NCBI GenBank assembly: GCA_000092065.1 | Contig: CP000590.1 | DNA from: Ostreococcus lucimarinus | Taxonomy: Eukaryota | DNA length: 64,000 bases | Reading direction: 5' to 3' (one strand) | Shown: positions 46,988 through 58,984 of the stretch, one piece after another | How positions within the stretch are numbered: position 1 is the first letter of the stretch | Layout of the letters: each line of letters begins with the position of its first letter | Notes under the pieces: generated by a model | Seen by the model: the letters and a program-made list of their open reading frames with translations, nothing else | Told to the model about the DNA's origin: nothing | Database searches by the model: none | Translations under genes and position numbers: made by a program

Positions 46988-48781
46988 ATGGGATGCGCCG
47001 CGTCCTCCGCGAGCGCGTCCGCGCCCGCGAGCGCGCTCGCGCTCGTCGACTTCAACGCGCGATTCGCGGACGAGTACGTCGTGCGGGAGAAAATCGGCGT
47101 CGGACAGCAAGGGACGGTGTACCTGTGCGAGGACGCGGAGACCGGGACGACGCGCGCGATGAAGGAGACGCACATCGGGGTGTTCGGCGCGAACGCGAAG
47201 CGACGAGAGGCGTACTGCGAGATTGAATTGCTGTCGCAGATGCGACATCCGAACGTGGTGAGGATGGTGAAGGCGTACCAGACGAGCGCGGAGGTGCAGG
47301 TGGTCATGGAACACGCCGGGCGAGACACGTTGTTGACGTACCTCGTCGCTCTGGACGACGCCGAGGGGATGACGGAGGAAGAAAAGATGCACATTAAACA
47401 TGAATTGATTCGGCAGTTGGTGGACGCGGTCGCGCACGTGCACTCGAGGGATGTGGTGTTTCGGGATTTGAAGCACGAAAACGTCATGGTCACGAGCGAC
47501 GACGATTTGAGAAACGCGCAGATTAAGCTCGTTGATTTCGGTCGCGCGGCGTCGCTGCGCCGGGAAGATCGACTGAATAATCAGCCACCTCTCGGGACGT
47601 CGTTATTTCAAGCGCCCGAAGTAGAAGAGCGTCGAGAGTATGGACAAGCGGCGGATATGTGGGCCGTCGGCGTCTTCGTTTACTTTTTAGTCACGGGGCA
47701 GATGCCGTTCGAGCACACCGTGGCGGGGCTTTACAAGGTGCTGCGAGGAGAATATGAACCCATGGAAGAGTCAATAAATAAGCACGCGCGCAATTTGGTG
47801 GCTAAGCTTCTCGTGCTCGACCCGGCGAAACGAATCAACGCTGCTCAAGCGAGCACGCATCGATTCTTGCGGCAGAGAAACGCCGCGCACGTGCACGTCG
47901 GCGAGGGCGACGCGCTCAGAGTGCCGAAACACATGGAAAAAGCGGCAAAGAGACAACTCCGAGCGCTCGTGATGCAGGACAGTCTGGAGCTGCACACGGT
48001 GGGATTGCTCGCGGAGAAGCTCACGCCCGAGGATTTGAAGACGCTTCGGCGTTGGTTACGCATGAAGGCGGAAATGTCTGTGCGCGGAGGAGTGGCGAAC
48101 GCGCGCGAAAAAAATGCATCTCATAGTATCTCTCAGCGACAGTCTCCGGATGCTTCAATCCGAGCGGGTCACACGTACACCGACGAACTCCAGGCACACG
48201 TGGCGCTCAACGCGTTGTACAATGAAATGACGAAGGATCAAGGGAGTGAGTCCAACAGTAGAGAAGTGAGCTTCCATGGCGGCGCACTTACGAAAACGCA
48301 GTCGTACCAGAAGCTCACGGAAGCACTGGAAAATTTAGAAGAAATGAGTTCTGGTGACGAAGCCGATGTGCACAGGCCGTCTCCGCCAAAGAAGATTAGC
48401 AAAAGCTCGCTGAGCGACGCCGCGCGGCAAGAGTCCGCACAAAAGACTACTGGCACGAGTGATATCGCTACAAGCCGCAGTTTCGTCGGCTACGCGCATC
48501 AGAGCGGAATGTGTACGGTGGATGAGCTCATCACTGCTTGCATTAGCGCTGGCCTTCAATCCGTGGCGGACGAGTTGCAAACCGTTCGCGACGATTTGAA
48601 AAAAGAACGCTTGGCGAAGCTCGCGGCGACGGGCGCGGATACGCAGACGCAGAACGAGAGCGTCCTTCTCGACATCATGCTCTTCAGATACGAAGACTTA
48701 CTTGCGAAGGTCGAGAACGCGCACTTAGACCAAGTAAAGGACTGGTCAGTTCGAGCGGGAGTGATGGAGAACGGGCTGTAG
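46988..48781 (+). CDS. serine/threonine protein kinase (CAMK-like) with N-terminal MGCAAS myristoylation/palmitoylation motif
   Basis: Kinase subdomains: GVGQQGTVYLCED, AMKE, HRDLKHENVMV, DFG, APE. About 300-aa C-terminal non-catalytic extension. ATG at 46988. Confidence 0.85.
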   Translation: MGCAASSASASAPASALALVDFNARFADEYVVREKIGVGQQGTVYLCEDAETGTTRAMKETHIGVFGANAKRREAYCEIELLSQMRHPNVVRMVKAYQTSAEVQVVMEHAGRDTLLTYLVALDDAEGMTEEEKMHIKHELIRQLVDAVAHVHSRDVVFRDLKHENVMVTSDDDLRNAQIKLVDFGRAASLRREDRLNNQPPLGTSLFQAPEVEERREYGQAADMWAVGVFVYFLVTGQMPFEHTVAGLYKVLRGEYEPMEESINKHARNLVAKLLVLDPAKRINAAQASTHRFLRQRNAAHVHVGEGDALRVPKHMEKAAKRQLRALVMQDSLELHTVGLLAEKLTPEDLKTLRRWLRMKAEMSVRGGVANAREKNASHSISQRQSPDASIRAGHTYTDELQAHVALNALYNEMTKDQGSESNSREVSFHGGALTKTQSYQKLTEALENLEEMSSGDEADVHRPSPPKKISKSSLSDAARQESAQKTTGTSDIATSRSFVGYAHQSGMCTVDELITACISAGLQSVADELQTVRDDLKKERLAKLAATGADTQTQNESVLLDIMLFRYEDLLAKVENAHLDQVKDWSVRAGVMENGL

Positions 48782-48885
48782 TTAATATGTATGATTTCGA
48801 AATGAATCACAACACGACGAAGCTAAGCGCTAACACTCTTTTTTGTTTTTTCGATGTTTTTGCTTTGTAATGTACTCTCACGCTC

Positions 48886-50622
48886 TCACATGTAGCGCGG
48901 CCCGTACGCCGACGGCGAGTTTGGATCCATGCGCGCTCCCCATTGGAACTCCGTCATCAGACAGACGTGGTCACTCGACCACTGCGTATTGGGTAAACCA
49001 CCATACTTGGCGCGAACCTCGCGCTCACCGGGAAGTTCAAGTAAACTCACCGGCGCGAGGGCGTCTTCGGTATAGAAGACGTAATCCAGCGCACCGTTGA
49101 AGTCTTTGGTGCAATTGGTGAACAACGGCTCGCCGATGACGTCCACACGGTCGCGCTGGCGCTCCAGCGCCTCTGAATCCAAACATGGTTTATGCAAGTT
49201 AGTGTACGCCGACACGAGCGGAAGCGGGTGCGATAACTTCGTAGACGGTTGCAAGATTCCAAAAGGATCGATGCCAAGTTCTGGGTGGTCCGCGGGAACG
49301 CGACCGTTCGACAGGAGCGAGTGCGCCGCCGATCCTGGAACCGAGTTGAAATCTCCGCACACCACCATGGGAATTTCCGCAGACGTCGCAATCTTTTCCA
49401 AACCCTTGAGCAACGTGTGAACCTGCCATAACTTAACGTCGTTGTGCTCGGTGTTGGCATGAATGTGCGTATTCGCCACGCATAGCAACTGCCGTTTCCC
49501 TTGCAACAGTTGCTGGTCCACGTCCAACGCCTCGAGGACGACGATGAGAGCGATGTTATCCTTCATCAACCGGTTTAGCGCATCCTTCTTCTGCGTCGCT
49601 CCGCCGAGAGACTCGACCAGACTCAGCGCAGCCTTATTGAATTCTACCTCGTACTTCTTAATCAACGCAAACTTGTCCTTCTTGAAGAAGATGGCGCAGC
49701 CGTCGATGACAAATTTCCCTTCACTGAACACTTGCGCCGTCTTCTTCTTGTAAACTGAAGCGTAACCGTACTTGGCCATTTCACCTTGAAAAAAGTCCTC
49801 GTAGTGGTCGGATTGCACTTCCTGCAAGCAAAGAATATCTGCATTGTAGTTGACAATCTCCTTCAAGATGTTCTGTCGGCGGTACGCCCACGCCAACGCC
49901 CAGTCGGGGACGTACCCGTACATGTCGCTGTTACAGTATAGATCAGCAAGCACGTTGTACGTCGCCACCGTGAAAGTGCGAGGTTCTGGAGTGCTATTGT
50001 GCGAAATCTTCACCAAATTCCTTCTCGGTGGCTCCGGCGCTGGAATCACTCTGCCGGTTATCACATTTTGCGGCTGCGCTTGCTCGTTCCCACTCTTCGC
50101 GTCCACGGGTACGACTTCCAACTTCAACACGTGCCCGACGTCATCCGCGCTCACCGTATAGTTCCTCGTCTGACAAACTTCAATCCAAGGCTCCACTCGT
50201 TTCTTCTCATCGGGTTTGTCCTCTGCCCGCTCCGCCTTTGCCGCCTTCCATCCATCGACGTCATCCTTCGGAGACGCTCGATCCGCCTTGGTCGGGAATG
50301 GCTCCCCATTCGCGATCCGGTTACGATTCCACTCTCGCCACGCGTGCTTGAAGCATTCGGAATCGCAGTGATACGTGCGCGTCGCTATATTCAGAAGCGT
50401 AGCCTGTTCCGCCGGGTGCACCGAGCACACGTTCATTTTCGTCTTCTTCCCCGACCGAAACCATCGATACCGCACGTAACTCCCCTCGTGCGCGTTCTCC
50501 TTACCGATATCCTCCGTCGTCGACGTCCCATCGCTCTTACGCGTCACGATATACGGCGCGAGCTCCACGCCGACGATGGGCGTGTCGGTGTTCAGCGTCG
50601 CCCTCGTCACGGTCAAACTCAT
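48886..50622 (-). CDS. CCR4/nocturnin-family deadenylase (endonuclease-exonuclease-phosphatase fold) with N-terminal zinc-finger-like Cys/His cluster
   Basis: EEP catalytic motifs: TYNVLAD, LCLQEV, CGDFNS, SDHV. N-terminal CSVHPAEQ...YHCDSECFKHAW. 578 aa with ATG at 50620-50622. Confidence 0.8.
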   Translation of the reverse strand: MSLTVTRATLNTDTPIVGVELAPYIVTRKSDGTSTTEDIGKENAHEGSYVRYRWFRSGKKTKMNVCSVHPAEQATLLNIATRTYHCDSECFKHAWREWNRNRIANGEPFPTKADRASPKDDVDGWKAAKAERAEDKPDEKKRVEPWIEVCQTRNYTVSADDVGHVLKLEVVPVDAKSGNEQAQPQNVITGRVIPAPEPPRRNLVKISHNSTPEPRTFTVATYNVLADLYCNSDMYGYVPDWALAWAYRRQNILKEIVNYNADILCLQEVQSDHYEDFFQGEMAKYGYASVYKKKTAQVFSEGKFVIDGCAIFFKKDKFALIKKYEVEFNKAALSLVESLGGATQKKDALNRLMKDNIALIVVLEALDVDQQLLQGKRQLLCVANTHIHANTEHNDVKLWQVHTLLKGLEKIATSAEIPMVVCGDFNSVPGSAAHSLLSNGRVPADHPELGIDPFGILQPSTKLSHPLPLVSAYTNLHKPCLDSEALERQRDRVDVIGEPLFTNCTKDFNGALDYVFYTEDALAPVSLLELPGEREVRAKYGGLPNTQWSSDHVCLMTEFQWGARMDPNSPSAYGPRYM

Positions 50623-51043
50623 GCCGACGACTCCACCCCACGATCCGCACCAGCACCACCCTCGACGCCCTCAATCGATCGTCCAACGCCCTCAGCGCGC
50701 CCTCGACCCCCCCCCGCGTCCGCTCGCGTCCTCTTCCTCGCGCGTTTCGCGTGATTTCCGTTCGAAATGTCGATCTTCCCCGGCGATTACCCGCGCTCGA
50801 TCGCCGTCCCGCGTCGCGCGCGCGCGTTTTCGCGTCGCGCGCGCCGCGTTCCCGACGACGGCTTCGTCGCCCGCGCCGCGACGCGCTTCGCGCGCCCGCG
50901 GGCGTCTCGGCGCGGCGTTCTGCGCGCGTTTCGGCGTCGCGCGGCGGCGTCGATCCCTCGCGCGCGCGAAATCACCCCCGGTCGGCGACATCGACGTCGC
51001 CGACGGGGGGTTTTCTTCGCGAAAACGAAACGACGATTCGCGT

Positions 51044-51074
<31 letters not shown>

Positions 51075-51222
51075 ACCGAACCGCGCGCCGCAGCGCGCGA
51101 CGCGCGACGGCGCGCGGCGCGATCCTCGAGACGGCGAACGCGCGCGCGATCGCGCCCGGCGTCGTCGTCGCGGCGGCGCGACGGCGCGCGACGCCGAGGC
51201 GAACGACCCGAAGGCGCGTCAC

Positions 51223-52440
51223 ATGACGGTGAAACAGCGACCTCGGACGGGAGGGCGCGCGACGGCGCGCGAGGACGGCGCGCGCGAGGCGAACGAGGAA
51301 GCGCGAGCGCGCGCGAGCGGACGCGCGGCGCGAAGCGCGACGATCGGGAGTGGGTTGGCGTTGGCGTTGTGGTGGGCGTCGTCGCCTCGGTGGTGGACGG
51401 CGACGCGGGACGAAGGGAAACCGGCGGTGGACGCGCGCGCGGCGGCGTACGCGTTCGGGACGTCGACGGAGGCGATTTCGGGGTGGTCGCTGCGTGATGT
51501 CGCAGAATTTCTGGCGATGAGCGATGCGCGATGGTTGGGGTCGACGGTGGAGGCGACGGAGGCGGTTTCGCGAGACGACGGGCGAAAGCGCGTCGCGCGT
51601 CGCGCCGACGGGTTCGCGCGATTCGTCGCGACGCATCATAAAACTGGTACGGCGCTGATGCACGACGTGTTTTCGACGATCGCAAATAGATCGTCTCCGC
51701 CGTACACGTTCTTTGACGTGCGAGCGTTCGAAGACGCGGAGCTTGTGGTCAACGAGGTCACGGGGAAGGGACTCGAGCGCGCGGCGCGACGGCGATTCAG
51801 GGAAGCGGATATCGTGTTGGATTACCATTTCGGCAAGTCTTTGCCGGCTTTCATCGAGCAGAACGAAACCACGCGACTGCTACAATCCATGATTTCGGTG
51901 TCGAACGCCCGCGAATACAGAATTGTGCACGTCGTACGCGATCCGCTCGACGTCCTCGTGAGCGGTTTGGCGTATCACGCGCGATCGCCAAACGACGAAC
52001 GGTGGCTCTCTCGCGCGCGAGTCGCCGAGCTTTCGTACGCGGAATTCCTCAAAACTGCGAGCCCAAAAGATGCAATTGCGGCGGAGATGTCGTTTTCGGA
52101 CGACGAAATACGTATGCTCGCGCTGACTTACGTACAGTGCGAGCGAAATCGCGACACGTGCTTGAACTTGAGATTGGAGGCGTTCGAACGTAATTTCGAT
52201 CGCACGCTCGAGCGTGCGCTTCGGTTTCTTCGATTTCCCTCGCAGAACATCACGTCGATGATTCAAATTGCCAGCGTGCACGACGTCAGCAAGTGGTCGG
52301 AGGATGAGTTACGGAAAAACGAACATTACACGAAGCGCATCGATAGGCGGCCGTATTACGAAGCCGCGCGCGAAGACGATGACATATGGCGAACGATCAC
52401 CGCGCTTCGACGCGCGATGGGGTACGACGCGACCTCGTAG
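51223..52440 (+). CDS. sulfotransferase-like protein (PAPS-binding 5'-PSB/3'-PB motifs), type II membrane topology
   Basis: HHKTGTALMHDV (5'-PSB-like) and RIVHVVRDPLDVLVSGLAYH (3'-PB-like). Hydrophobic anchor LALALWWASS. The ORF opens at 50767 as Arg-rich junk; ATG at 51223. Confidence 0.55.
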   Translation: MTVKQRPRTGGRATAREDGAREANEEARARASGRAARSATIGSGLALALWWASSPRWWTATRDEGKPAVDARAAAYAFGTSTEAISGWSLRDVAEFLAMSDARWLGSTVEATEAVSRDDGRKRVARRADGFARFVATHHKTGTALMHDVFSTIANRSSPPYTFFDVRAFEDAELVVNEVTGKGLERAARRRFREADIVLDYHFGKSLPAFIEQNETTRLLQSMISVSNAREYRIVHVVRDPLDVLVSGLAYHARSPNDERWLSRARVAELSYAEFLKTASPKDAIAAEMSFSDDEIRMLALTYVQCERNRDTCLNLRLEAFERNFDRTLERALRFLRFPSQNITSMIQIASVHDVSKWSEDELRKNEHYTKRIDRRPYYEAAREDDDIWRTITALRRAMGYDATS

Positions 52441-52553
52441 ATTTCGTCGTCGCAAGTGGTAAACAAACAAGCGCTGTGTAATAATTACGAAACGGTCCTT
52501 CTTCTATTGACGATCGAATGCGTCGAGGCGACCTCGTAGATTTTGTCGTCGCC
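52424..52553. repeat. direct repeat of about 25 nt (cgacctcgtagattt[c/t]gtcgtcgc) spaced about 97 bp apart
   Basis: Copy 1 (52424-52455) spans the sulfotransferase-like stop codon. Copy 2 (52521-52553) lies in the shared 3' region between that gene and the convergent Aurora kinase gene. Confidence 0.6.
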
Positions 52554-52557
52554 GCGC

Positions 52558-53574
52558 TCAGGGGAGCCCTGCTTCGGGGATAGGAATGCCGTTTGGAGAC
52601 GCGTTCTCCTTGATCCATGGGTGATCTAGCAATCGGCTGAGCGGTATGCGCGACGCTGGCTCCTTGACGAGCAAGCTTCGAATGAGGTCCTTGGCGTTTT
52701 CGCTAATATACGACGGAAATTGTAAGTCCACTCGCAAGATGCGCTTGTACGTCTCGCTGTGCCCTTCGGCTTCAAACGGCGGCGTTCCGACCAAGAACTC
52801 GTACGCCAATACGCCCAGCGACCACACATCGACGGCGTAATCGTGGTCGCGACCTTCCACCATTTCTGGTGGCAAGTAATCCAGCGTACCGCAGAGCGTC
52901 TGTCTTCGACTGTTCGGCGCGTGCACCGACCAACCGAAATCCGCGATTTTCAATTCGCCCTTGATGCCGACGAGCAAGTTTTCCGGCTTGATGTCTCGAT
53001 GGATGACGTGCTTCTTGTGACAATAGATCAGCGCCCGAGCCAAAGAGGCGATATAAGTCGCACTTCGCCGCTCGCTAAACCGTTTTTGACGCTGCAACTC
53101 CTTGTACAACTCTCCCATCGCCGCGTACTCCAAAATCAAAAACACGCGCGTGTTGTCGTAAAAGTATCCGTACAGACGCAAAATATTCGGGTGTCTCAGG
53201 TGCGACTGAATCTCAATCTCCCGTCGCAACTGGTGTTCGACGTGCGACGCGCACAGCTGCGTCTTGTGCAACACCTTCAGCGCGACGATGTACTTACTCT
53301 TCTTCTCCCGCGCCAAGTACACCGAACCAAACTTGCCCTTCCCGAGCGGTTTACCGATGTCAAAATCTTCCAACTTCCACTCCTTCCCCGCCTGCGCCGC
53401 GCCATCCCGCCCGTCCCCTCCGACGTTCCCGATCCGTTCGTTCCCGAGCCCGAGCCCGAGCCCCTCTCCCGGCGTCCCTCTCGCGCCTCTCGGCGTCTTC
53501 CCGCTCGCCGTCGCGTCCCCCCGCGCGCCTCTCCCGCCCGTCCCGACGCCTTCGTTCTCCTTCTCCATCCTCAT
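52558..53574 (-). CDS. AUR: Aurora kinase
   Basis: [87 protein letters not shown] extends to 54072 as Arg-rich junk; ATG (MRMEKE) at 53572-53574. Confidence 0.85.
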   Translation of the reverse strand: MRMEKENEGVGTGGRGARGDATASGKTPRGARGTPGEGLGLGLGNERIGNVGGDGRDGAAQAGKEWKLEDFDIGKPLGKGKFGSVYLAREKKSKYIVALKVLHKTQLCASHVEHQLRREIEIQSHLRHPNILRLYGYFYDNTRVFLILEYAAMGELYKELQRQKRFSERRSATYIASLARALIYCHKKHVIHRDIKPENLLVGIKGELKIADFGWSVHAPNSRRQTLCGTLDYLPPEMVEGRDHDYAVDVWSLGVLAYEFLVGTPPFEAEGHSETYKRILRVDLQFPSYISENAKDLIRSLLVKEPASRIPLSRLLDHPWIKENASPNGIPIPEAGLP

Positions 53575-54083
53575 CGACGCGTCCGATCGCGCGCGCGCGC
53601 GTCCTCGTCCTCGCTCTTCGCGTCCTCGTCCTCGCGCGTCGCTCTTCGCGCTTCGCCTCGCGCCTCCGCGTCGCGTCGGGGGGACGAACGCGTCGAGCCG
53701 TTGGACTTTAAACGACACTCGCGTCGCCCGTTCGGCGCCGCGCGTCGCCGTCCCGCGTCTCCGGTCCGCCGCGCGCTCGTGCCGACGACGCGCGTCTCTT
53801 CCGCGCCGTTCGCCGCGATCCGGCGCGTCGGCGCGTCGCGTCGCGTCGTCGTGTGCCGCGTCGGCGCGTCGGCGCGGACGCCCGCGATGCGATGAAAACA
53901 CGCGCCGGACTGTTTGCGCATACGTATATACGGAAACACACGTCGTACTGTTTGCGCATACGAATACGACGCGAGGCGCGAAAGCCATCCACCGCGCGCG
54001 CGCGCGCGTCGTCACTCGCCGCCGCGCGCTCGGACCGCGCGCGACGCGCGACGCGCGCGCGCGCATGTCCACCGCGTAGCGCC

Positions 54084-56954
54084 ATGCGCGAGATCACCGC
54101 GGACGAGGCCGCGACGGCGACGAAGCGCGGCGCGCCGTTGGTCAAGCTGTGCCGACGCGGGGCGCCGCACGTCGTCTTCGCGCAGGCGCGCGCGGACGCG
54201 CTCACGTGGGTCGGCAGGCGCGAGCGCGAGAAACGGATCGCGTTCGCGCGCGTCGAGCGCGTGCTGCGAGGGAAACACACGGAGAATTTTCGACGGAAGG
54301 GTGGGCGGGCGCGGGACGACGCGCGATGCTTTTCGATCGTGTACGACGAGGGACGAGGAAGCGAGAGAAAGCGGACGTGGGACGCGGAGTGCGAGAGCGA
54401 AAGTCAGAGAGATGCGTGGGCGCTCGCGGTGGAGCTCGCGGCGCGCGCGGCGAGGGAGGAGGAGGATGAGGGAACGCGACGAGGGAACGCGAGCTCGAGC
54501 GGCGGCGGCGCGAGCGCGGAGGGGGAAGAGAGCGCGAGCGGGGGTGGGATCGGGACGGCGGTGACGGTGGCGCGCGCGGTTGGAAAGTTTAAGCAGCGAG
54601 GAATGCGTTCGCCGTCGTTGAGGGAGCGGGAGGAGAGGTTGGTGGACGGCGCGACGGACGCGTTCGGCGAGGCGATTCCGAGCGAGGTGTACGCGTGGGG
54701 ATGGGAAGCGGACGTCACGCGCGAGAGCGCGGCGGCGAGCGCGGCCGGTGGTGGATTCGCGACGAAAACGGCGCGTTGGCGGCGCGTGGACACGCCGCGC
54801 GTGCTCGAGGGAACGGATACTTTGGACGTCGTGGAAATAGCCATCGGCGCGCGGCACGGTTTGGCGCGCACGCGCGCCGGCGCCGTGTATTCCTGGGGTG
54901 AGGGCGCGGGCGGTAAGCTCGGACTTCCGTCCGCTCAAGACGCAGAGATGCCCACGCGCGTTGAGCTCGACGGTCGCGCCGTGACGCTGGCGTGTGGAGT
55001 CGCGCACTCGCTCGCCGTGGTGCGAGACGCGGACGCGTCTTCAGACGGAGACGGCGGCGACGCGTGCGTTTGGGGCGATCCGAACGCGGCACCGGGGCTG
55101 CTCGGGCGCCCGGAAGCGCGCGCCGTGACGTTTTTCCCGGGTAAAATATCTTTCGCGATGGATTCAATTTCCGCGGGGGGTGGCGTGAAGGTGGTACAAG
55201 TGTCTTGCGGACCGTGTCACACGGCGTGCGTGACGGAGACGGGTGCGTGTTTCACGTGGGGAGAGGGTTCGTTCTACGCCCTCGGCCACGGTGATCGAGA
55301 GTGCCAGCGCGCTCCCCGGGAATTAGAGACATTTCGCCGCGATAACCGCGTCGTGCTTCGCGTAGCGTGCGGCGTCTGGCATACGGCTGCAATCGTCGCC
55401 GCCGTGGGAAACACGATTCGCAAAGTGCCCGTCGTCGCGGACGACGACGAATTCGACACCGTGGATGGAGAGTTGTTCACCTGGGGCGACGGAGAAAGCG
55501 GTCAACTCGGTATACGTGGCGTCGAAGAAGCATCCGTGCCCACGGCGACTTCAGACCAGTTAGGAAAGCCAGGTAGCGAAGTCTGCAACGTGAGCTGCGG
55601 ACAGCATCACACCGTCGCGTTGACTTCAAAGGGTGACGTGTGGCTCGCCGGGTGCGTGGGCAAAGTAGATAATTCCCTCCGCGTCAAAGTGTTTACGCGA
55701 TTACCGAATTTCGAAACAGGATCTGTGAGTGCGGTAGAGAGCGGCGATAATCACGTCGTCGCCGCGACACGAGATGGACGAGTCTTCTCGTGGGGCGTCG
55801 GTAAAAACGGAAGGCTCGGTCACGGCAAAAACGACCGTGACAAAGCCGCTCCAGAAGAGATTGAGTCTTTGCGCGGGCGCACCGTTCTGAGAATAGCGTG
55901 CGGCCCGACGTCGAGCGCTTGTGTACTCAAACCAGCTCGCATGACGACCAAGCAAAAAGCGAGCATGGTGCGTTTGTCCACGTTTTCCCTGAAGCAAGCG
56001 ATTTCGTCGTTCAGAGCAGACGACACTTCAACGCGAGCTCTCGAACGAAGAGATGGCGACGGTAGCAACGTAGATACCGGCTCAACGTCCTCGTATAGCA
56101 CGAAACGAGATCAACGAAGTAGTGGTACCAGATCGCGCAACGGTGGCCGCGGTAGTCAAGGCTTGCGAAACGAAAAGCAAGCGCATCGAATCATGAGCGT
56201 GCTGAGCCCGACGTTTGAGAACATAGCGAAAACGTCGAATCGAATCGCCGGCGGCGAAACCACGAAAGCCACACCTCAGTCATCGCATCGTATGACACCC
56301 GCGTCGCCGAACGCAGTCTTGGCGCAAGCAGTGCAACCGATGAAGTTGGAGTTCCGTAACTCGATCCGAGTCGAGGAAGTTGTCCTTCCTGAGACGCCCG
56401 CGTCGCCTGCGATTGAACCGGCGCCGTCCCCGCCGCAGATCGAGAGGGAGCCGCCGCCGACTGAACCGCCGCCAGCACCATCACCAGTAACGTCTAGCGA
56501 CCATATGCGCGACGTTGACGTCGATAAATACTTCATGGACCGCGCGCGCCGCACCGCAAATGAGGCAGAAGCGCAGCTCATACGCCTCGCGGAAGAAGAG
56601 GCCGTGTTGGAGCGCGCGATGCAAGCTGCCATCGCCACCAAGTCAAAGGTGGTCAGAAACGCTCCTCCGCAGTCGCCTTCGAAGGCGACGCGAACGGTGA
56701 TCGCTAATGTTGGTCGGAGTGCCATGCGACGTGCGGATTGCGCGAGCATTCCAATCGGTGAAGCGCGCGAATGGATCGACGAGGTTGAAAACGGCGTATT
56801 CATGACGCTGCGAACGCACGGCGATCGCACGATTCTCAAACGTGTGCGCTTCAGCAAGCGCATATTTAGCAACGAATTAGCCAAACAGTGGTGGGAGGAA
56901 AACAAAGAGCGCGTTATACGCGAAAACGATCTCACCATTCTCGCGCCTGCTTAA
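54084..56954 (+). CDS. PH-like + RCC1-repeat + BRX-domain protein (PRAF-like, no FYVE detected)
   Basis: At least 5 RCC1 blades ([63 protein letters not shown]). C-terminal BRX domain [52 protein letters not shown] at 54084. Confidence 0.75.
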   Translation: MREITADEAATATKRGAPLVKLCRRGAPHVVFAQARADALTWVGRREREKRIAFARVERVLRGKHTENFRRKGGRARDDARCFSIVYDEGRGSERKRTWDAECESESQRDAWALAVELAARAAREEEDEGTRRGNASSSGGGASAEGEESASGGGIGTAVTVARAVGKFKQRGMRSPSLREREERLVDGATDAFGEAIPSEVYAWGWEADVTRESAAASAAGGGFATKTARWRRVDTPRVLEGTDTLDVVEIAIGARHGLARTRAGAVYSWGEGAGGKLGLPSAQDAEMPTRVELDGRAVTLACGVAHSLAVVRDADASSDGDGGDACVWGDPNAAPGLLGRPEARAVTFFPGKISFAMDSISAGGGVKVVQVSCGPCHTACVTETGACFTWGEGSFYALGHGDRECQRAPRELETFRRDNRVVLRVACGVWHTAAIVAAVGNTIRKVPVVADDDEFDTVDGELFTWGDGESGQLGIRGVEEASVPTATSDQLGKPGSEVCNVSCGQHHTVALTSKGDVWLAGCVGKVDNSLRVKVFTRLPNFETGSVSAVESGDNHVVAATRDGRVFSWGVGKNGRLGHGKNDRDKAAPEEIESLRGRTVLRIACGPTSSACVLKPARMTTKQKASMVRLSTFSLKQAISSFRADDTSTRALERRDGDGSNVDTGSTSSYSTKRDQRSSGTRSRNGGRGSQGLRNEKQAHRIMSVLSPTFENIAKTSNRIAGGETTKATPQSSHRMTPASPNAVLAQAVQPMKLEFRNSIRVEEVVLPETPASPAIEPAPSPPQIEREPPPTEPPPAPSPVTSSDHMRDVDVDKYFMDRARRTANEAEAQLIRLAEEEAVLERAMQAAIATKSKVVRNAPPQSPSKATRTVIANVGRSAMRRADCASIPIGEAREWIDEVENGVFMTLRTHGDRTILKRVRFSKRIFSNELAKQWWEENKERVIRENDLTILAPA

Positions 56955-57008
56955 AACATTGGAAATGAAATTCGTCTGTATTCTACGATCAACTGCTGTG
57001 CTATTCTC

Positions 57009-57851
57009 CTAGTCGTCCGATTCTCGATCGGGCATCCACGACACTATGACGTACAAAAACGCCAAAAAGTCGTACAACGTGTGCGTAAACATCGCACTCC
57101 CTAACCCGTCGCGCACACTCTCGATCGAAAACAAAACGCTCGCCCACGTGGCCCACACCGCGTACTGCGGCGTGATGGCGTGCAGCGCGCCGAAAACCAG
57201 CGAAGTGCTCGCCAACGACCCCATCGCCGCGACGTCTGCGCCCGCCCCGAGCCCTTCCAACCGCGCGTCAACCCATGGCATGAGAAAGCCACGGAACAGC
57301 GCTTCCTCACCCACACCCGCGCCGCAACTCAGCGCCAAAATCCCGAGCACGCCGAGCGGCGCCACCGCCGGGAGCACGCTCTCCTCAAACATTTTCCTCA
57401 CCTCTCGTAAATACTCGTACTTGTCGCTCTGCGTCACCGCGAACGACAGCGATGCTAACAGAGGTATCATGTACAGCGCCGCCGCGTCGACGTTGAACGC
57501 GGCGACGCCGTCGATGACGTCCGGGTGCACGTCCGCGAACTGCGTCAATACTTGTGAGCCCACCGCCATGCCGGCGTAAAACGCCACCGACGCGCGAAGA
57601 AATCCGCGCGAGTCGATCGCTCCGGTTCGCGCGTTTACCGAACCGTCGCTCAGAGGCCCTTGATCGTCCGTGGACGACCGCGCGGCGACGAAACCATCGC
57701 GCGAGGCGCGAGGGAGGGCGAAACGGATAGACAGGGACGGCGTCGTCGTCGTCGCGCTGCGCGACGCGAGACGCGGCGAGCGGCGCGAACGCGACGTGGA
57801 CGCGCGCTCGACGCCGGCGCGCGCGCGCGCGGGAGCGAGGGCGACGCGCAT
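57009..57851 (-). CDS. CPBP-family (CAAX protease / Abi) intramembrane metalloprotease, organelle-targeted
   Basis: EEALFRGF (EExxxR) and FGALH (FxxxH) motifs, with a third conserved His further downstream; multiple TM helices. ATG at 57849-57851. Confidence 0.7.
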   Translation of the reverse strand: MRVALAPARARAGVERASTSRSRRSPRLASRSATTTTPSLSIRFALPRASRDGFVAARSSTDDQGPLSDGSVNARTGAIDSRGFLRASVAFYAGMAVGSQVLTQFADVHPDVIDGVAAFNVDAAALYMIPLLASLSFAVTQSDKYEYLREVRKMFEESVLPAVAPLGVLGILALSCGAGVGEEALFRGFLMPWVDARLEGLGAGADVAAMGSLASTSLVFGALHAITPQYAVWATWASVLFSIESVRDGLGSAMFTHTLYDFLAFLYVIVSWMPDRESDD

Positions 57852-57911
57852 CGCGCGCTGAAAAGTGTGGTGGCGTCGCGCTCCGTACTACATGGTGCTT
57901 TCGCGCGCGCG

Positions 57912-58973
57912 TCACGTCTTCTTGGGCTTGCCCACGGTCAACAGCTCGGCGCCTAAGAATTTCACCGATTCCGCGACGCCGATGGCATCGCCCGAACCAA
58001 CCTTGATCAAACCACCGCGAAAGTGGTCGTAGCCAGCGTCGGCGCCTAAATCGCGCTCCGCCGCCGCGCGCGTCACGTGACTGTCCACCACCGCGAGCGT
58101 GCACTTTTCGCTTCGAATCGCGTCGAGCGTCGCGGCACACATCGCCTCGCGCGCCGCCGCACCGTCGGCGGCGCTTCCGATCGTCGGCGGAAGCACTAAA
58201 CGCGCGCCCGCCGCGAAGGCGGCCAACGCGCCGAATCCAAAGCCCATCGCGTGCCCGAGCGGCACCGGCACGCACACCGAATCCGTCTCCCTAATCTCCA
58301 ACGCCCGCACCGCGCGCGTCGCCGCGTCCGCGAACGTCATCCCTCCCACCGGCGCGTCCGCGCCACCGAAATAATACATCGCATCGTTCGCCGTCTCCAT
58401 CGCGTCGCTCGCCGTCTCGCCGTTCGCGTACGCCGCGCGCAGCACCTCCCACAAGATTACTTTATCCCGCACCGTCCCACCGCCCACCGCGATCGGTTCG
58501 TGCGCCCCGATCAGCCCTCCCGCCGTCTCCGCGTCTTCGCGTCTCACCATCGTCCCGCGCGTGCGTCCATCGCCGAACGTCTCCCGCAAATCATCCGTCG
58601 CCCTCGCGCCTCGCGCGCTCGTCCCCGCGAGCGCCGTCCCCAGGTACGCCACCACGCTCTCTCGCGCGTTCCCCGTCCCGACGCCCAGCGGTCTCGACGA
58701 CGCGTCGTATCCGAGGTCTTCCAGCGCGCGCGCGAACGTCAGCGCGCGATCGAGCAGTTCGCCGTACGTCCACTCGTCGCGCGCGCGCGTCCCGCTCGCG
58801 CCCGTCGTCGTCACCGCCGCGCGCTCGGCGTCCGCGCGTCGCAGCGCGTCGCGCGCGAAGCGTCCGAGCGTGTCCCGCGTCGCGCCGTTCGCGAGCCGTC
58901 GCGCGCGCATCGTCGACGCGTCGTCGGTCGCGTCTCGAAGTGCGCGCGTCGCCATTCGTCGTCGCGTCGCCAT
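57912..58973 (-). CDS. hypothetical protein with weak resemblance to the N-terminal region of ANL adenylate-forming enzymes (no P-loop)
   Basis: 353-aa ORF; WTYGELLDRALTFARALEDLGY and VCVPVPLGHAMGFGFGALAAFAAGARLVL. Two possible ATGs (58973, 58955) within a 14-nt tandem repeat gtcgccattcgtcg. Confidence 0.3.
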   Translation of the reverse strand: MATRRRMATRALRDATDDASTMRARRLANGATRDTLGRFARDALRRADAERAAVTTTGASGTRARDEWTYGELLDRALTFARALEDLGYDASSRPLGVGTGNARESVVAYLGTALAGTSARGARATDDLRETFGDGRTRGTMVRREDAETAGGLIGAHEPIAVGGGTVRDKVILWEVLRAAYANGETASDAMETANDAMYYFGGADAPVGGMTFADAATRAVRALEIRETDSVCVPVPLGHAMGFGFGALAAFAAGARLVLPPTIGSAADGAAAREAMCAATLDAIRSEKCTLAVVDSHVTRAAAERDLGADAGYDHFRGGLIKVGSGDAIGVAESVKFLGAELLTVGKPKKT

Positions 58974-58984
58974 TCGTCGACGCG

